Assembly: GCA_002843005.1 (NCBI GenBank) | Contig: PHEX01000001.1 | Location: forward strand, 1-49,230 | DNA length: 49,230 bases | Reading direction: 5' to 3' | From: Candidatus Anoxymicrobium japonicum | GTDB taxonomy: Bacteria > Actinomycetota > Geothermincolia > Fen-727 > Anoxymicrobiaceae | Shown: positions 32,664-42,037 of the stretch, one piece after another | How positions within the stretch are numbered: the first letter of the stretch is position 1 | Layout of the letters: each line of letters starts with the position of its first letter | The notes under the pieces: model-generated | Told to the model about the DNA's origin: nothing | What the model saw: only the letters and a program-made list of their open reading frames with translations | Database searches by the model: none | Translations under genes and position numbers: made by a program

Positions 32664-35084
32664 GTGATTCACATTAAATTACGAAGGACGACTATCTTGA
32701 GAGGAAGCGCGATCGCGGCGGGCGCGGCGATATTTCTTATTGCCATGACGTTGCCGTGGGGCTCGGGGCGCGGAACAACACGGCCCACGTCCGGTGGAAT
32801 ACAGAAAGCGCTTGCCGGCGACGTCGCTCCCAGAGATCGCCAGTTGCTCGGCCTTTTCAGCGAAAGCGTCGGGAACAACCTCAAGGTCAAGATCCCATCC
32901 TCGCAGTGGGGGAGTGTGCGAAACGTGCGCTTGTTCGTGAAGTGGAAGTTTGTCGAGGGCGCTGGCAAAGGCCGCTATACGTGGATCGGTCTCGACAGTG
33001 AGGTCAACAACGCTTTGAGCCTCGGCGTCAACAGCATCCTGTTGACCATCACCGGTCCGGTGCCCGTCTGGGCGACGAACCCCGCGAATCCCAACCCTTC
33101 TTATCAGGGACCCCCAAAGAAAATAAAGGATTGGGGCGACTTCTGCGGCGCCGTGGCGGCGCGTTACAAGAACTACGTGGATTACTACCAGGTGTGGCAG
33201 GAGCCGGGTTGGGATACCGACTCGCCGCCCGGACAGGCGGGCATGGTTTATTACTCGGGTGACTGTGACTACAGTTACCTGGGCATGCTCAGGGCCGCGT
33301 ACCCCGCGATCAAGAACGCGGATCCGGACTCGGAAGTGATCTCTGGAGCGATGCTCAACGGGATCACTCACAGCCCCGGTGACCTCAGTCACTACGAGAC
33401 GTTGCTCTCCGGCGCCAACCAGGATGTATCGATGAAGGTGACTGCGGACAGGAACATCGTCGCCGAGCGTCCGATGTACTTTAATTATCACGGCGCCTGG
33501 AAAGGCGGCACGGTGGAGCTCGGCGTCAAACAGCCCAATAAGGAATGGTATCTCGCCGAAGGCGCGACGCACCCCGGCTTCGAGGAGTGGATCTGCATCC
33601 AGAACCCGGGCAGCGCATCGGCCAGCGTCGGCATCACTTACATGTTCCCTGGAGGAAAGACACAACAGCAGAACCTGACGGTCAGCCCCAACTCTCGCTC
33701 GACTGTTGATGTCAATTTCGCTGTCGGGCTCTATAAGGACGTGTCGGCGCGTGTTACGTCGAACCAGCCGATAATCGTCGAGCGTCCGATGTATTTCATG
33801 TATCACGAGGCATGGGACGGCGGATCCGTCGAATCCGGCGTTTCCACCCTTTCGAAGACATGGTACCTGGCCGAGGGCGCGACACAGCCGGGATTCGAGG
33901 AGTGGATATCTCTCATGAACCCCGGATTGGCACAAACTAACGTCAAGATCACCTACATGTTCCCTGGAGGCGCGACGCAGGTTCAGCACTTATCTATGCC
34001 ACCCACATCACGAGAGACGGTGCTGGTGAACAAAATCGTCGGGCCGAACAAGGATGTTTCGGCAATGGTCGAGGCGGATCAGGCGATAATCGCCGAACGT
34101 CCGATGTATTTTATGTATCACGGCGCGTGGGCCGGCGGACACTCGCAGGTCGGCGCGACTTCAGCAAACACCTCCTGGTTTCTCTCAGAGGGTACAACCA
34201 GGAGCAACCAGTACGACGGAGCTTTCGAGGAGTGGATATCCATACAGAATCCCGGCAACGCGCCGGCCCACGTGAACTTCAAATATATGTTTACGGGCGG
34301 CGCGACTCAGGACGCTCAGAAGACCGTAGCGGCGCACTCGCGCGAAACAGTGCTGGTCAATGGCGTGGTCGGCCCCGACAGGGACGTGTCGGTTCAACTC
34401 GATTCGGACCAGCCCATAGTGGTTGAGCGGCCCATGTACTATAACTACCACAACAGCATCGCGGGCGGTGACGTGGAACTGGGCTGCACCGGCGCCGGCA
34501 AGACGTGGTATTTCGCTGAGGGCACTACCCGGTCCGGCTTCGAGGAGTGGACGACGCTTCAAAATCCGAATGCGGAGAGCGCCACCGCGACGATCACGTA
34601 CATGTTCTCGGATGGCACCACGCAGCAGCAGTCAGTCGGCCTTCCGGCTAACAGCAGGACGACAGTGGGTGTGAACCGCGCTCTGAGCATGGCGAACGTG
34701 TGCGACATGCTCGCCATCCACCCGTACGACTATCCGGAGCATTGGGCCTGGTACTACCAGTACGTCAGAGGCATCCAGCAGAGAATGGGCTTTGACGGCA
34801 AGGAGTTGACTGTAACCGAGATCGGGTGGCCGCACGCGGGCAACGTCGCGTTTTCCAATGAGGGGCAGAGGCAGGCGATTGGAGACAAGGGGGTAGGTTC
34901 GCTCTGGGGGGTGGGTTGCAGAAAGATATGGATATTTGAGGACGTTGACCCCGCCGTCTCGTGGGACAGCGCGTACAACGGCATGTACGATTACAACGGA
35001 AACGCGATGCCCGCCTGGAACGAGTACAAGAGATGGCAGGGCATACTGCTTGATTACGGGAACAAGCCAAACCACCTGTGGTAG
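32664..35084 (+). CDS. secreted clan GH-A-like glycoside hydrolase interrupted by four tandem beta-rich repeats
   Basis: GTG 32664 lies 6 nt after GGAGG (the ORF track starts at 32634). Signal-anchor KLRRTTILRGSAIAAGAAIFLIAMTL. Candidate acid/base YQVWQEPG (33192-33209), HxY AIHPYDY (34713-34733) and nucleophile TVTEIGW (34809-34829). Confidence 0.72.
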   Translation: MIHIKLRRTTILRGSAIAAGAAIFLIAMTLPWGSGRGTTRPTSGGIQKALAGDVAPRDRQLLGLFSESVGNNLKVKIPSSQWGSVRNVRLFVKWKFVEGAGKGRYTWIGLDSEVNNALSLGVNSILLTITGPVPVWATNPANPNPSYQGPPKKIKDWGDFCGAVAARYKNYVDYYQVWQEPGWDTDSPPGQAGMVYYSGDCDYSYLGMLRAAYPAIKNADPDSEVISGAMLNGITHSPGDLSHYETLLSGANQDVSMKVTADRNIVAERPMYFNYHGAWKGGTVELGVKQPNKEWYLAEGATHPGFEEWICIQNPGSASASVGITYMFPGGKTQQQNLTVSPNSRSTVDVNFAVGLYKDVSARVTSNQPIIVERPMYFMYHEAWDGGSVESGVSTLSKTWYLAEGATQPGFEEWISLMNPGLAQTNVKITYMFPGGATQVQHLSMPPTSRETVLVNKIVGPNKDVSAMVEADQAIIAERPMYFMYHGAWAGGHSQVGATSANTSWFLSEGTTRSNQYDGAFEEWISIQNPGNAPAHVNFKYMFTGGATQDAQKTVAAHSRETVLVNGVVGPDRDVSVQLDSDQPIVVERPMYYNYHNSIAGGDVELGCTGAGKTWYFAEGTTRSGFEEWTTLQNPNAESATATITYMFSDGTTQQQSVGLPANSRTTVGVNRALSMANVCDMLAIHPYDYPEHWAWYYQYVRGIQQRMGFDGKELTVTEIGWPHAGNVAFSNEGQRQAIGDKGVGSLWGVGCRKIWIFEDVDPAVSWDSAYNGMYDYNGNAMPAWNEYKRWQGILLDYGNKPNHLW
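33417..34691 (+). repeat. four in-frame tandem repeats of ~105-110 aa inside the hydrolase gene
   Basis: A recurring W[YF][LF][AS]EG(A/T)T..GFEEW(I/T)..(Q/M)NP......V.(I/F).YMF.(G/D)G.TQ......SR.TV.VN..VG...DVS......QPI(I/V).ERPMY(F/Y).YH pattern. ERPMY occurs at aa 278, 383, 488 and 598 of the 816-aa ORF numbering. Confidence 0.85.
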
Positions 35085-35088
35085 CCGT

Positions 35089-36714
35089 TTGACAAGAGTC
35101 GTTTCCGAGCGCTTCACTCCGGTGGCGCCTCCAAAGACGCGTTTCAGCGCAACACTGGAAAATAGCATCCTGGAAAAACCAATAAGTTTCGCGAGGCGAC
35201 ACTCCACCGGCATTGCGCTCACACTGATTTTCGCTCTTTACTTTGCGACAAGACTCATCGACCTCAAGAGCCTTCCAATATTCTGTGACGAAGGGGTTTA
35301 TATCAGGTGGTCACAGAAGGTGCTTTACGATCACAACTTCTTTGTTACCCTTCTGGATGGAAAGCCCCCGCTGCATCAATGGTTTGTCGCGCCTTTTCTG
35401 GCGGTATTGAAGAGTCGTCCATTGATCGCGGGGCGCCTTGCCTCAGGTAGCGCTGGAGCGCTTACGACCGTTGGCATGTTTCTGCTTGGCAGGGATTTGA
35501 AGGACTCGAAGTTTGGAGCATGGGCCGCCCTGCTTTACGTTCTCTGCCCGTTTGCCATCTGGTATGACAGGCTGGCGCTAACAGAGAGTCTCATGGTAGC
35601 GATTATCGTGTTTTCAATTTATTTCGCGATCCACGCGGCGGTTTCCGGCAATCTACTGTACCTCATCGGCACAGGGATTACAGCGGGCCTTGCGCTGCTC
35701 ACAAAGGGGACCGCGTTGGTCCTTTTTCCTGTCGTGCCTTTTGCGTATGTGCTCAAGCTTCCACATCAAAAAGATCGGGAGAAAGCGTGGCCGCAGCGAG
35801 GCTGGGTGTTTTCTGTTGCCTTTTCTCTTCTTCTGGGCTACGGAATTTACAGCCTGTTGCGCTTGAAGATCAGCTTCGGCCTCCTGCTTGATACCAGTTC
35901 CACCCGGACACTATCCCTCTCATATCTCCTGACCCACCCACTCGCCGTTTTCCCAAGAAATGTGGGGGCAGGATTCCGCGAGCTTTTTATAATGCTCACC
36001 CCTGTCTTTTTCGTCATGTGCTTTGCGGGGCTCATCCTTGGCCTGGCAAAGAAATGGAGGCCTTCCGCTTTCCTTTGCATATGGTTTATCGTTTCATTCG
36101 TTATGGTCTCCGCAACTTCCAAACAGCCCTGGTCCAGGTTCTTCCTTGTGGCGCTGCCGCCGATGCTTTTTGGCGCGGCACTGATCGCCACCGAGTTTGC
36201 AGCGCTGTTTCGCCGCGAGAGGAAACGCGCGAATGTGACACCCATGGTCGCCATCGCTCTTGTTGTCCTGATACTTGCAGCCGTCATTCCTCTTGGAGTG
36301 GAGATGGAGAGAGTAATCACAGATCCGGCAAAGGCCTGGTTGCCCTCCGAGGCGCGAACAGAGTTTATTGACGGTTGGACCGCGGGCCGGGGGATAGAAA
36401 AAACCGCGTATTACCTGGACAAGAAAAGCCAGAGCCGGAAGATCACCGTGTACACAAACCACGGGCTGTTCCCCGGTTTTGCGCTGGACATCTATTTCTA
36501 TGACAATCCAAACATCGAGTATTGGGTCGCCGCGCCCCTGAGTCAGCTTTTGGAAAAGATGAGGCAATCCGCGAAGGCGCGTCCTACCTACTGTGTGTTG
36601 AATGACATTTCCGAGCTACCCGCCCAATGGCCTTTGATAGAGATCAAAAGGTTTCACAAAGGTAAAGGCAAATACATGTTTCTTGCGCGGTATGACAGTG
36701 GGAATCCGCGTTAG
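35089..36714 (+). CDS. GT-C membrane glycosyltransferase, ArnT/PMT_2-like
   Basis: First-loop motif LPIFCDEGVYIRWSQ, ~12 TM segments and a C-terminal soluble domain. The ORF track start 34936 overlaps the hydrolase gene. TTG 35089 or GTG 35122 is more likely. Confidence 0.7.
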   Translation: MTRVVSERFTPVAPPKTRFSATLENSILEKPISFARRHSTGIALTLIFALYFATRLIDLKSLPIFCDEGVYIRWSQKVLYDHNFFVTLLDGKPPLHQWFVAPFLAVLKSRPLIAGRLASGSAGALTTVGMFLLGRDLKDSKFGAWAALLYVLCPFAIWYDRLALTESLMVAIIVFSIYFAIHAAVSGNLLYLIGTGITAGLALLTKGTALVLFPVVPFAYVLKLPHQKDREKAWPQRGWVFSVAFSLLLGYGIYSLLRLKISFGLLLDTSSTRTLSLSYLLTHPLAVFPRNVGAGFRELFIMLTPVFFVMCFAGLILGLAKKWRPSAFLCIWFIVSFVMVSATSKQPWSRFFLVALPPMLFGAALIATEFAALFRRERKRANVTPMVAIALVVLILAAVIPLGVEMERVITDPAKAWLPSEARTEFIDGWTAGRGIEKTAYYLDKKSQSRKITVYTNHGLFPGFALDIYFYDNPNIEYWVAAPLSQLLEKMRQSAKARPTYCVLNDISELPAQWPLIEIKRFHKGKGKYMFLARYDSGNPR

Positions 36715-36854
36715 CGCCTGAGTCAACTCTCAATTGTCGGGGAAAGCCGCGACACTTTGTTAGTTGCTATACTGTTTTTGGAAATATGGTTTGGTCGCAA
36801 TTATTCAGATTGTCCGCGTCTGAGAGACATGGCTCAAGCTCCCTCGCTCACCAA

Positions 36855-36926
36855 GGTAGAGGGTTGGGGTGGAGGGGTACAGGTAATACCGCCCCCACCT
36901 TAATCTTCCCCCCTTCAAGGGGGAGG
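36855..36926 (+). repeat. G/C-tract palindromic intergenic element, copy B
   Basis: agagggttgggg (36858-36869), gcccccaccttaatcttccc (36891-36910) and hairpin CTTCCCCC-cttcaa-GGGGGAGG (36905-36926). It sits between convergent genes. Confidence 0.6.
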
Positions 36927-36941
36927 AAAAACAGACGCGGT

Positions 36942-39587
36942 TCAAGGAACAGGCCCCAGCGCAATGCGCGAGATCGCAACTCCAAGTTGCCTGACGTCAT
37001 TGGATTTTTTGCCGAACACCTGGTTGGGCGCCCAGGTGGGAACCTCGATTCGGAACTTTATCTCCTTGGTTCCCGGGTCGGGGAGCGAAGCCTTGTCGAA
37101 CGTGATGGCGTACGGCACAAAAGCGCCGCTGTTCACAGCGAGTGTTCCAATAAGCTTGTCCTGCGCGTAGACGGCCACCGGAACCTTCTCCTCCGTGGAA
37201 AGTGGCCTGCTCCCTGTTGAGATGTCAAGGCTCAAGGTTAGATTGTTTTTTGTTTCCACGTTCGGCATCTTGAAGCTCGCTGTGCCCTTGCTCCAGCGGC
37301 ACGTGCCTTGCTCAGAGGGATAGAAGCCGTCGATGACGCACAAAGTGTCGGCGCCGCCTATTTTGACAGAGCACTGCTCTGCGGTCGGTTTGGCGGTGGC
37401 CTGATAAACCGCAAGAGTGAAGCCGAACGGCACGGTCTTCTTGGGCGCCAGGTCGTACTCTTGCTGTAAGACTTTGAAAGACACCGGGACGGCCCCGACA
37501 GGGCGCAGGAAAAGATTACTGACCGCGGCTGGCACGCCGTCTCCGAAGCCGACGAGATAGACCTTATGCCCTCCGGCCGCGAGCTTCTCATAGATATTGT
37601 CGAACGTGGGCGCGTCGCCGGCGGCCCCGACCAGCGGCACGGCGTGGATCCCGTATATGTATCTCATGATGTCGGTGTAATAAACCATGCTGTATCTGCC
37701 GTAGAAGACGGCCGCCGTGTTCGGCCCTCCGATGAGCGCGTTCAGATCGTTCATGGACTTGAGCGCCCCGTCGTACTGAACTATGGGGTATAGCTTCGCG
37801 GTGTAGAGAGACGTGAAGACGAGGGTGACCGCCAGCGCCCCGACCGCCAGCGCCCCGACCGCTCTCCGTACGAGCCTGCGCTTGAATACATCCGGCACCT
37901 TGACCACCGCGTACGCGATCATGATCGCCATGAACGGAATCACGACCGGCATCAGCCTTCTCAAGGCAAAAAAGTGAAGGGGATTGCAGGCGATGTTCCA
38001 AAAGAACAGAGCTGTAAAGAAGCATGAGATAACGAACAGCGGAACTGTCTTCACTCTCAGTCGATAGAGCACGAAGAGCGCGAGCCCCAGTATGAAGAGA
38101 ATGATGCCGATGTGCGTGAAGTACCAGGACATTCTCACAAAAGTCTGCGGCAGGCGCGAGCCGAAATTGGTGGCCGCGGGGAGCGCAAGTTGCCCCTTGG
38201 CCATAACGGGTCTGATGATGTAGCCGTATAAGCTTACCAGCGTGACAAGCGCGGCCACGATGGGCCTCCATGCTCGTTTGAGAAACTGGAGCGGGTGAGC
38301 GACACTGGCACGGGCTCTCTTTGAGAGGAGAAGGATCACGCATACGGCTGCCATAAACGCGAGCGCCGCTATAGACCCCCTTATGACAGGGGAATTCATG
38401 TAGCTTCGTACCGAATGGGCGCCCAATTCAGTCATGTATGATCCGGAGAAGCGTTTCTGGCTGTAGAGCGAGTGGGCAAGAAGGATGCCCATGGGTATCG
38501 CGAACCACAGGAAGTACAGAACAGAGCGCTTTTTTCTTATTGAATCGATGATGAAAACAACGAGGATCGCGAAGAGCGGCGCCATTATCGGATAGAGTTC
38601 AAAGCGAGCGGTAAAAGCGAGGCCGAAGGCCAGCGCCGCCAGCAAGCCGGCGTAGCCGCTTCCCTTGGGGTAATAAAGGACGAGGAAGAACAACCCAAGG
38701 AAAACAAGCAACTGGGTGAACATCTCCGGGATCGGGTATCTCGCGAACCAGACTGACAGCGGAATTAGAGACAGCGCCAAACCCGACAGCACGGCGGTTC
38801 TGGCGTCGAGGAGGCGCCGAACGAGGAGCATGATAATAAGCAAAGAGAGCAAAGCGAAACAGGGGTTCATCAATGTCAGCATCCACCGCAATCCAAGCAG
38901 CCTGTAGGCTATGGCTATGAGAACAGAGAAAAGGGGAAAGTATCTCGTATAGATCGTTCCGGATTTTTGATCCTTTATGCCAAACCCCGCCAGATATTCC
39001 CGCTCGCCTCTCACCGCCGGGGGACCGTACAGCATGCCGGCTTCGTCCGGCGTCAACTTCGACAGAGTTTCGTTCTTGAGGAACACACGCCCGTGGTCGG
39101 CGATGTTCACGCCCTCCACCAGGTAGGGACTCACGTCGCGCTCGGTCAGAACCGCTTCCCACCTGCCGATGAATAGAGCGGACGCCAGAATCATTACGGC
39201 AAGCACGCCGATTTGAAACCACCCGTGCTGGAAAACCATCGCAGCGTGAGGGCGAATGCCCTTTTTTTTCGCCAGCCAGAGGGCGGCGAAGACGACTGTG
39301 ACCAAAACCATCAAAGCCGCCAGCCTGGTGAGCGTGTAAACGGACAACTCGACCAACAGAAAGCCGATCAACAACGTGAGCATAAGGCTTGCGCCTGTCG
39401 AAAGCGCGACGATCTCGAAGACGAGGAGATCAACCTCGAAGCGGTCTCTGACGTACATGATCAAGGCCGCTCCCGGAAAGAAGAACAAGACAGGGCTGAC
39501 CATCAATATCTTCAGGATGTTTACCGGCTGCAAAAGGGGCCTCCTTGTCAGTTGACGTTTTTCATGGGCTCGCTCTAACCGCAACAT
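36942..39587 (-). CDS. large GT-C-like membrane protein with a ~250-aa C-terminal extracytoplasmic domain
   Basis: ATG 39587 lies 7 nt after GGAG (the ORF track TTG 39620 sits inside the operator repeats). About 16 or more hydrophobic segments, loop ERDVSPYLVEGVNIADHG, and a beta-rich C-terminus ending DVRQLGVAISRIAL. Confidence 0.68.
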   Translation of the reverse strand: MLRLERAHEKRQLTRRPLLQPVNILKILMVSPVLFFFPGAALIMYVRDRFEVDLLVFEIVALSTGASLMLTLLIGFLLVELSVYTLTRLAALMVLVTVVFAALWLAKKKGIRPHAAMVFQHGWFQIGVLAVMILASALFIGRWEAVLTERDVSPYLVEGVNIADHGRVFLKNETLSKLTPDEAGMLYGPPAVRGEREYLAGFGIKDQKSGTIYTRYFPLFSVLIAIAYRLLGLRWMLTLMNPCFALLSLLIIMLLVRRLLDARTAVLSGLALSLIPLSVWFARYPIPEMFTQLLVFLGLFFLVLYYPKGSGYAGLLAALAFGLAFTARFELYPIMAPLFAILVVFIIDSIRKKRSVLYFLWFAIPMGILLAHSLYSQKRFSGSYMTELGAHSVRSYMNSPVIRGSIAALAFMAAVCVILLLSKRARASVAHPLQFLKRAWRPIVAALVTLVSLYGYIIRPVMAKGQLALPAATNFGSRLPQTFVRMSWYFTHIGIILFILGLALFVLYRLRVKTVPLFVISCFFTALFFWNIACNPLHFFALRRLMPVVIPFMAIMIAYAVVKVPDVFKRRLVRRAVGALAVGALAVTLVFTSLYTAKLYPIVQYDGALKSMNDLNALIGGPNTAAVFYGRYSMVYYTDIMRYIYGIHAVPLVGAAGDAPTFDNIYEKLAAGGHKVYLVGFGDGVPAAVSNLFLRPVGAVPVSFKVLQQEYDLAPKKTVPFGFTLAVYQATAKPTAEQCSVKIGGADTLCVIDGFYPSEQGTCRWSKGTASFKMPNVETKNNLTLSLDISTGSRPLSTEEKVPVAVYAQDKLIGTLAVNSGAFVPYAITFDKASLPDPGTKEIKFRIEVPTWAPNQVFGKKSNDVRQLGVAISRIALGPVP

Positions 39588-39611
39588 TATACTACTCCAG
39601 CCTCTCTTGGC

Positions 39612-39655
39612 AATACTCAATGTATTGAGTAATAATACTCAATGTAATGAGTAAT
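39612..39655. promoter_or_regulatory. two tandem 22-bp units, each a palindrome (candidate operator in a divergent promoter region)
   Basis: aatactcaatgtattgagtaat (39612-39633) and aatactcaatgtaatgagtaat (39634-39655) differ at one base. TACTCAAT-gt-ATTGAGTA is a perfect 8-bp-arm inverted repeat. AT-rich in a GC-rich context. Confidence 0.55.
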
Positions 39656-39687
39656 TAATGACGAAAGACGGACAGGGGAACAACAGA

Positions 39688-40875
39688 ATGGCGCAACTCT
39701 ATGTCCGAACTATAAACAAACAGTTGGAAAGGCGTATCAGGGAACCCCGGCAATTCATGCAGGTGCTGTGCGGCCCGCGTCAGGTTGGCAAGACAACCGC
39801 GATAAAGCAGATTTTAGAAAAGATGAGTTGGCCGTCGCGGTACGCTTCAGCCGACCGGCCGGCGTTGCATGACTCTGCCTGGCTGGAGGAGCAGTGGGAG
39901 GTCGGGCGCTCACTTGCGAAACGGCGCAACGCCGTGCTTGTCATTGATGAAATTCAGAAGGCGCCCGGCTGGTCGGAAGTCGTCAAGCGATTGTGGGACG
40001 AGGACACTTTCGACGGGTCGTTGCTTCGAGTGGTTCTTCTCGGATCGTCCCCGTTGCTGGCGCAGAAAGGGCTCACCGAGAGCCTCGCGGGGAGATTTGA
40101 GATGGTCAGGGCGGGACACTGGTCTTTTGCGGAGTGCGAGGAGCACTTCGGCTGGGATCTGGACACTTACATCTTCTTTGGGGGATATCCCGGCGCGGCG
40201 CCTCTCCTCAAACAGCCGGAGAGGTGGGCGCGGTACATTCAGGAATCGCTCATCGAAACAACTATATCCAGGGATATACTGTTGATGACGCGGGTGGACA
40301 AGCCCGCTCTTCTCAGAAGGCTATTTGCGCTGGGTTGTGAATACTCCGGGCAGATCCTCTCTTATCAGAAGATGCTGGGACAGTTGCGTGACGCTGGAAA
40401 CACGACGACACTGGCTCACTATTTGGAGCTTTTGAGTGGCGTGGGTTTTCTGACGGGGCTTGGCAAGTTTTCCGGCCAGGCTGTCAGAAAAAGAGGCTCG
40501 AGCCCAAAGTTGCATGTGTACAATACGGCGTTGATCACGGCGCAGTCCGGATTATCCCTCAAGGAAACCAGGGAGGATCACGTACAATGGGGGCGTCTCG
40601 TTGAATCGGCGGTAGGCGGGCGCCTGCTGGAAATCTCAATGAAGAGAAACCTGGGGCTCTTCTACTGGCGCGAGGGAGACAGGGAAGTTGACTTCGTAGT
40701 GCAGGCGGGGAATAAGATAGTCGCAATCGAGGTCAAGAGCGCCCGGACCAGGCACGCGCTTCCTGGCATGGCCGCCTTCGCGAGCAAGTTTGCGCCCCGG
40801 CATAAACTACTGGTTGGCAAGGGCGGCATCCCGGTCGAGGAGTTTCTAAAGAGCGATTTGTCACAGTGGCTTTGA
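39688..40875 (+). CDS. COG1373-type AAA ATPase (AAA_14 plus DUF4143-like) with a PD-(D/E)xK-like C-terminus
   Basis: Walker A GPRQVGKTT, Walker B VLVIDEIQK. The C-terminal REVDFVVQAGNKIVAIEVKS (40690-40737) fits a D...ExK nuclease-fold motif. ATG 39688 follows AGGGGA; an alternative ATG at 39658 abuts the repeats. Confidence 0.82.
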   Translation: MAQLYVRTINKQLERRIREPRQFMQVLCGPRQVGKTTAIKQILEKMSWPSRYASADRPALHDSAWLEEQWEVGRSLAKRRNAVLVIDEIQKAPGWSEVVKRLWDEDTFDGSLLRVVLLGSSPLLAQKGLTESLAGRFEMVRAGHWSFAECEEHFGWDLDTYIFFGGYPGAAPLLKQPERWARYIQESLIETTISRDILLMTRVDKPALLRRLFALGCEYSGQILSYQKMLGQLRDAGNTTTLAHYLELLSGVGFLTGLGKFSGQAVRKRGSSPKLHVYNTALITAQSGLSLKETREDHVQWGRLVESAVGGRLLEISMKRNLGLFYWREGDREVDFVVQAGNKIVAIEVKSARTRHALPGMAAFASKFAPRHKLLVGKGGIPVEEFLKSDLSQWL

Positions 40876-40955
40876 ATGTTTACCCATAGTCATATTGATG
40901 TCACAAAGCAACGAGCTGTCGCGCATGATTGGCGCTTAACGGCACGGAGGTGTTT

Positions 40956-41930
40956 TTGGAAGATCGAGGTTTGCCACTCGCGGATGAGGCTCAACCCCGC
41001 GTCTCGATAATCATTGTGCTTTTCAACAGCGCCGATTACATAGAGGCGTGCATCGAGTCTTTGCGCTCCGTTGAGTACCCGAACATTGAGCTCATCATGG
41101 TCGATAACGGTTCACAAGACGGTTCCGCGCGGCTTGCCAGGGAGGCGGCGCGCCGTGCCGGAATCGAATGTTTCTTGAGCGTTCTCGGAAGGAACCGTGG
41201 GTTTGCCAGAGCCAACAACATGGGCTTCGCGCTATCCACGGGCGGTATCCTGCTGCTCTTGAACCCCGACACCGAAGTTTATCCCGATACCGTGACCGAG
41301 ATCGTCCGAGCCTTTGACGATCGGTCTGTCGGCGTGTGCGGGTGCAAGATATACGATCCCGATCGCCAGACCATCCAGCACGCGGGAGGGTACGTCCGTG
41401 ACAACGGGCTGTCGATGCACTATGGAGTTGGAGAGAAAGATGAGGGCGCATACGAGGAGCTCCGGGACGTCATGTACGTGACGGGCGCCGCGCTTGCCGT
41501 GAGGCGCGACATCTTCGAGAGAGCCGGTATGCTCGACCCCGGTTACTACCCGGCGTACTTCGAGGAGACAGACCTCTGCCTGAGTGTCCGCCGGATGGGG
41601 CACAGGGTTGTTTATGTTCCCGGCGCGCGTGTGATGCATCACGAATCGACGACTACCGGCAAGTTTACCGAGAGATATTACTACCTCTATCACAAGAACC
41701 GGATCAGGTTTCTGCTCAAGAACTTCTCGTGGCGGTTCCTGCTGGATCGGGCCCTGCCCATGGAACAACGCTGGACAGGGATGATAGCGCCGGAGGAGCA
41801 GGCGATACCGCTCAACAAGGCATATCTTGCGAACATAGCCGCACTTCCGCGAACGCTCGTGGCGAGGCGCGCCGCCGATCGCCGCCTGCGCGCTCCGCGG
41901 ATCGAGGACACCGTATCGCATTTCAACTGA
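40956..41930 (+). CDS. GT2 family glycosyltransferase (rhamnosyltransferase-like)
   Basis: TTG 40956 lies 5 nt after GGAGG (40946-40950). VSIIIVLFNSADYI, MVDNGSQDGS, LLLNPDTEV and FEETDLCLSVRR. Confidence 0.85.
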   Translation: MEDRGLPLADEAQPRVSIIIVLFNSADYIEACIESLRSVEYPNIELIMVDNGSQDGSARLAREAARRAGIECFLSVLGRNRGFARANNMGFALSTGGILLLLNPDTEVYPDTVTEIVRAFDDRSVGVCGCKIYDPDRQTIQHAGGYVRDNGLSMHYGVGEKDEGAYEELRDVMYVTGAALAVRRDIFERAGMLDPGYYPAYFEETDLCLSVRRMGHRVVYVPGARVMHHESTTTGKFTERYYYLYHKNRIRFLLKNFSWRFLLDRALPMEQRWTGMIAPEEQAIPLNKAYLANIAALPRTLVARRAADRRLRAPRIEDTVSHFN

Positions 41931-42037
41931 CGGATATTGACGGAAACCTGGCGCGGATGCAGCGGCGTTCGCTTGCGAGTATTTATGGAATGGAGCACTT
42001 AGATTGAGGAGAGTAATCGTCGCATGAATAGAGTGTT

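Noticed and set aside
34936-35088. 5' extension of the GT-C ORF overlapping the end of the hydrolase gene by 149 nt
   Set aside because: The extension is Thr/Arg/Pro-rich with no TM or conserved features. A TTG at 35089, just after the upstream stop, gives a normal N-terminus before the first TM segment.
39612-39655. Possible CRISPR array or IS terminal inverted repeat
   Set aside because: There are only two directly adjacent 22-bp units with no spacers, no cas genes and no transposase nearby. An operator-like tandem palindrome is the simpler reading.
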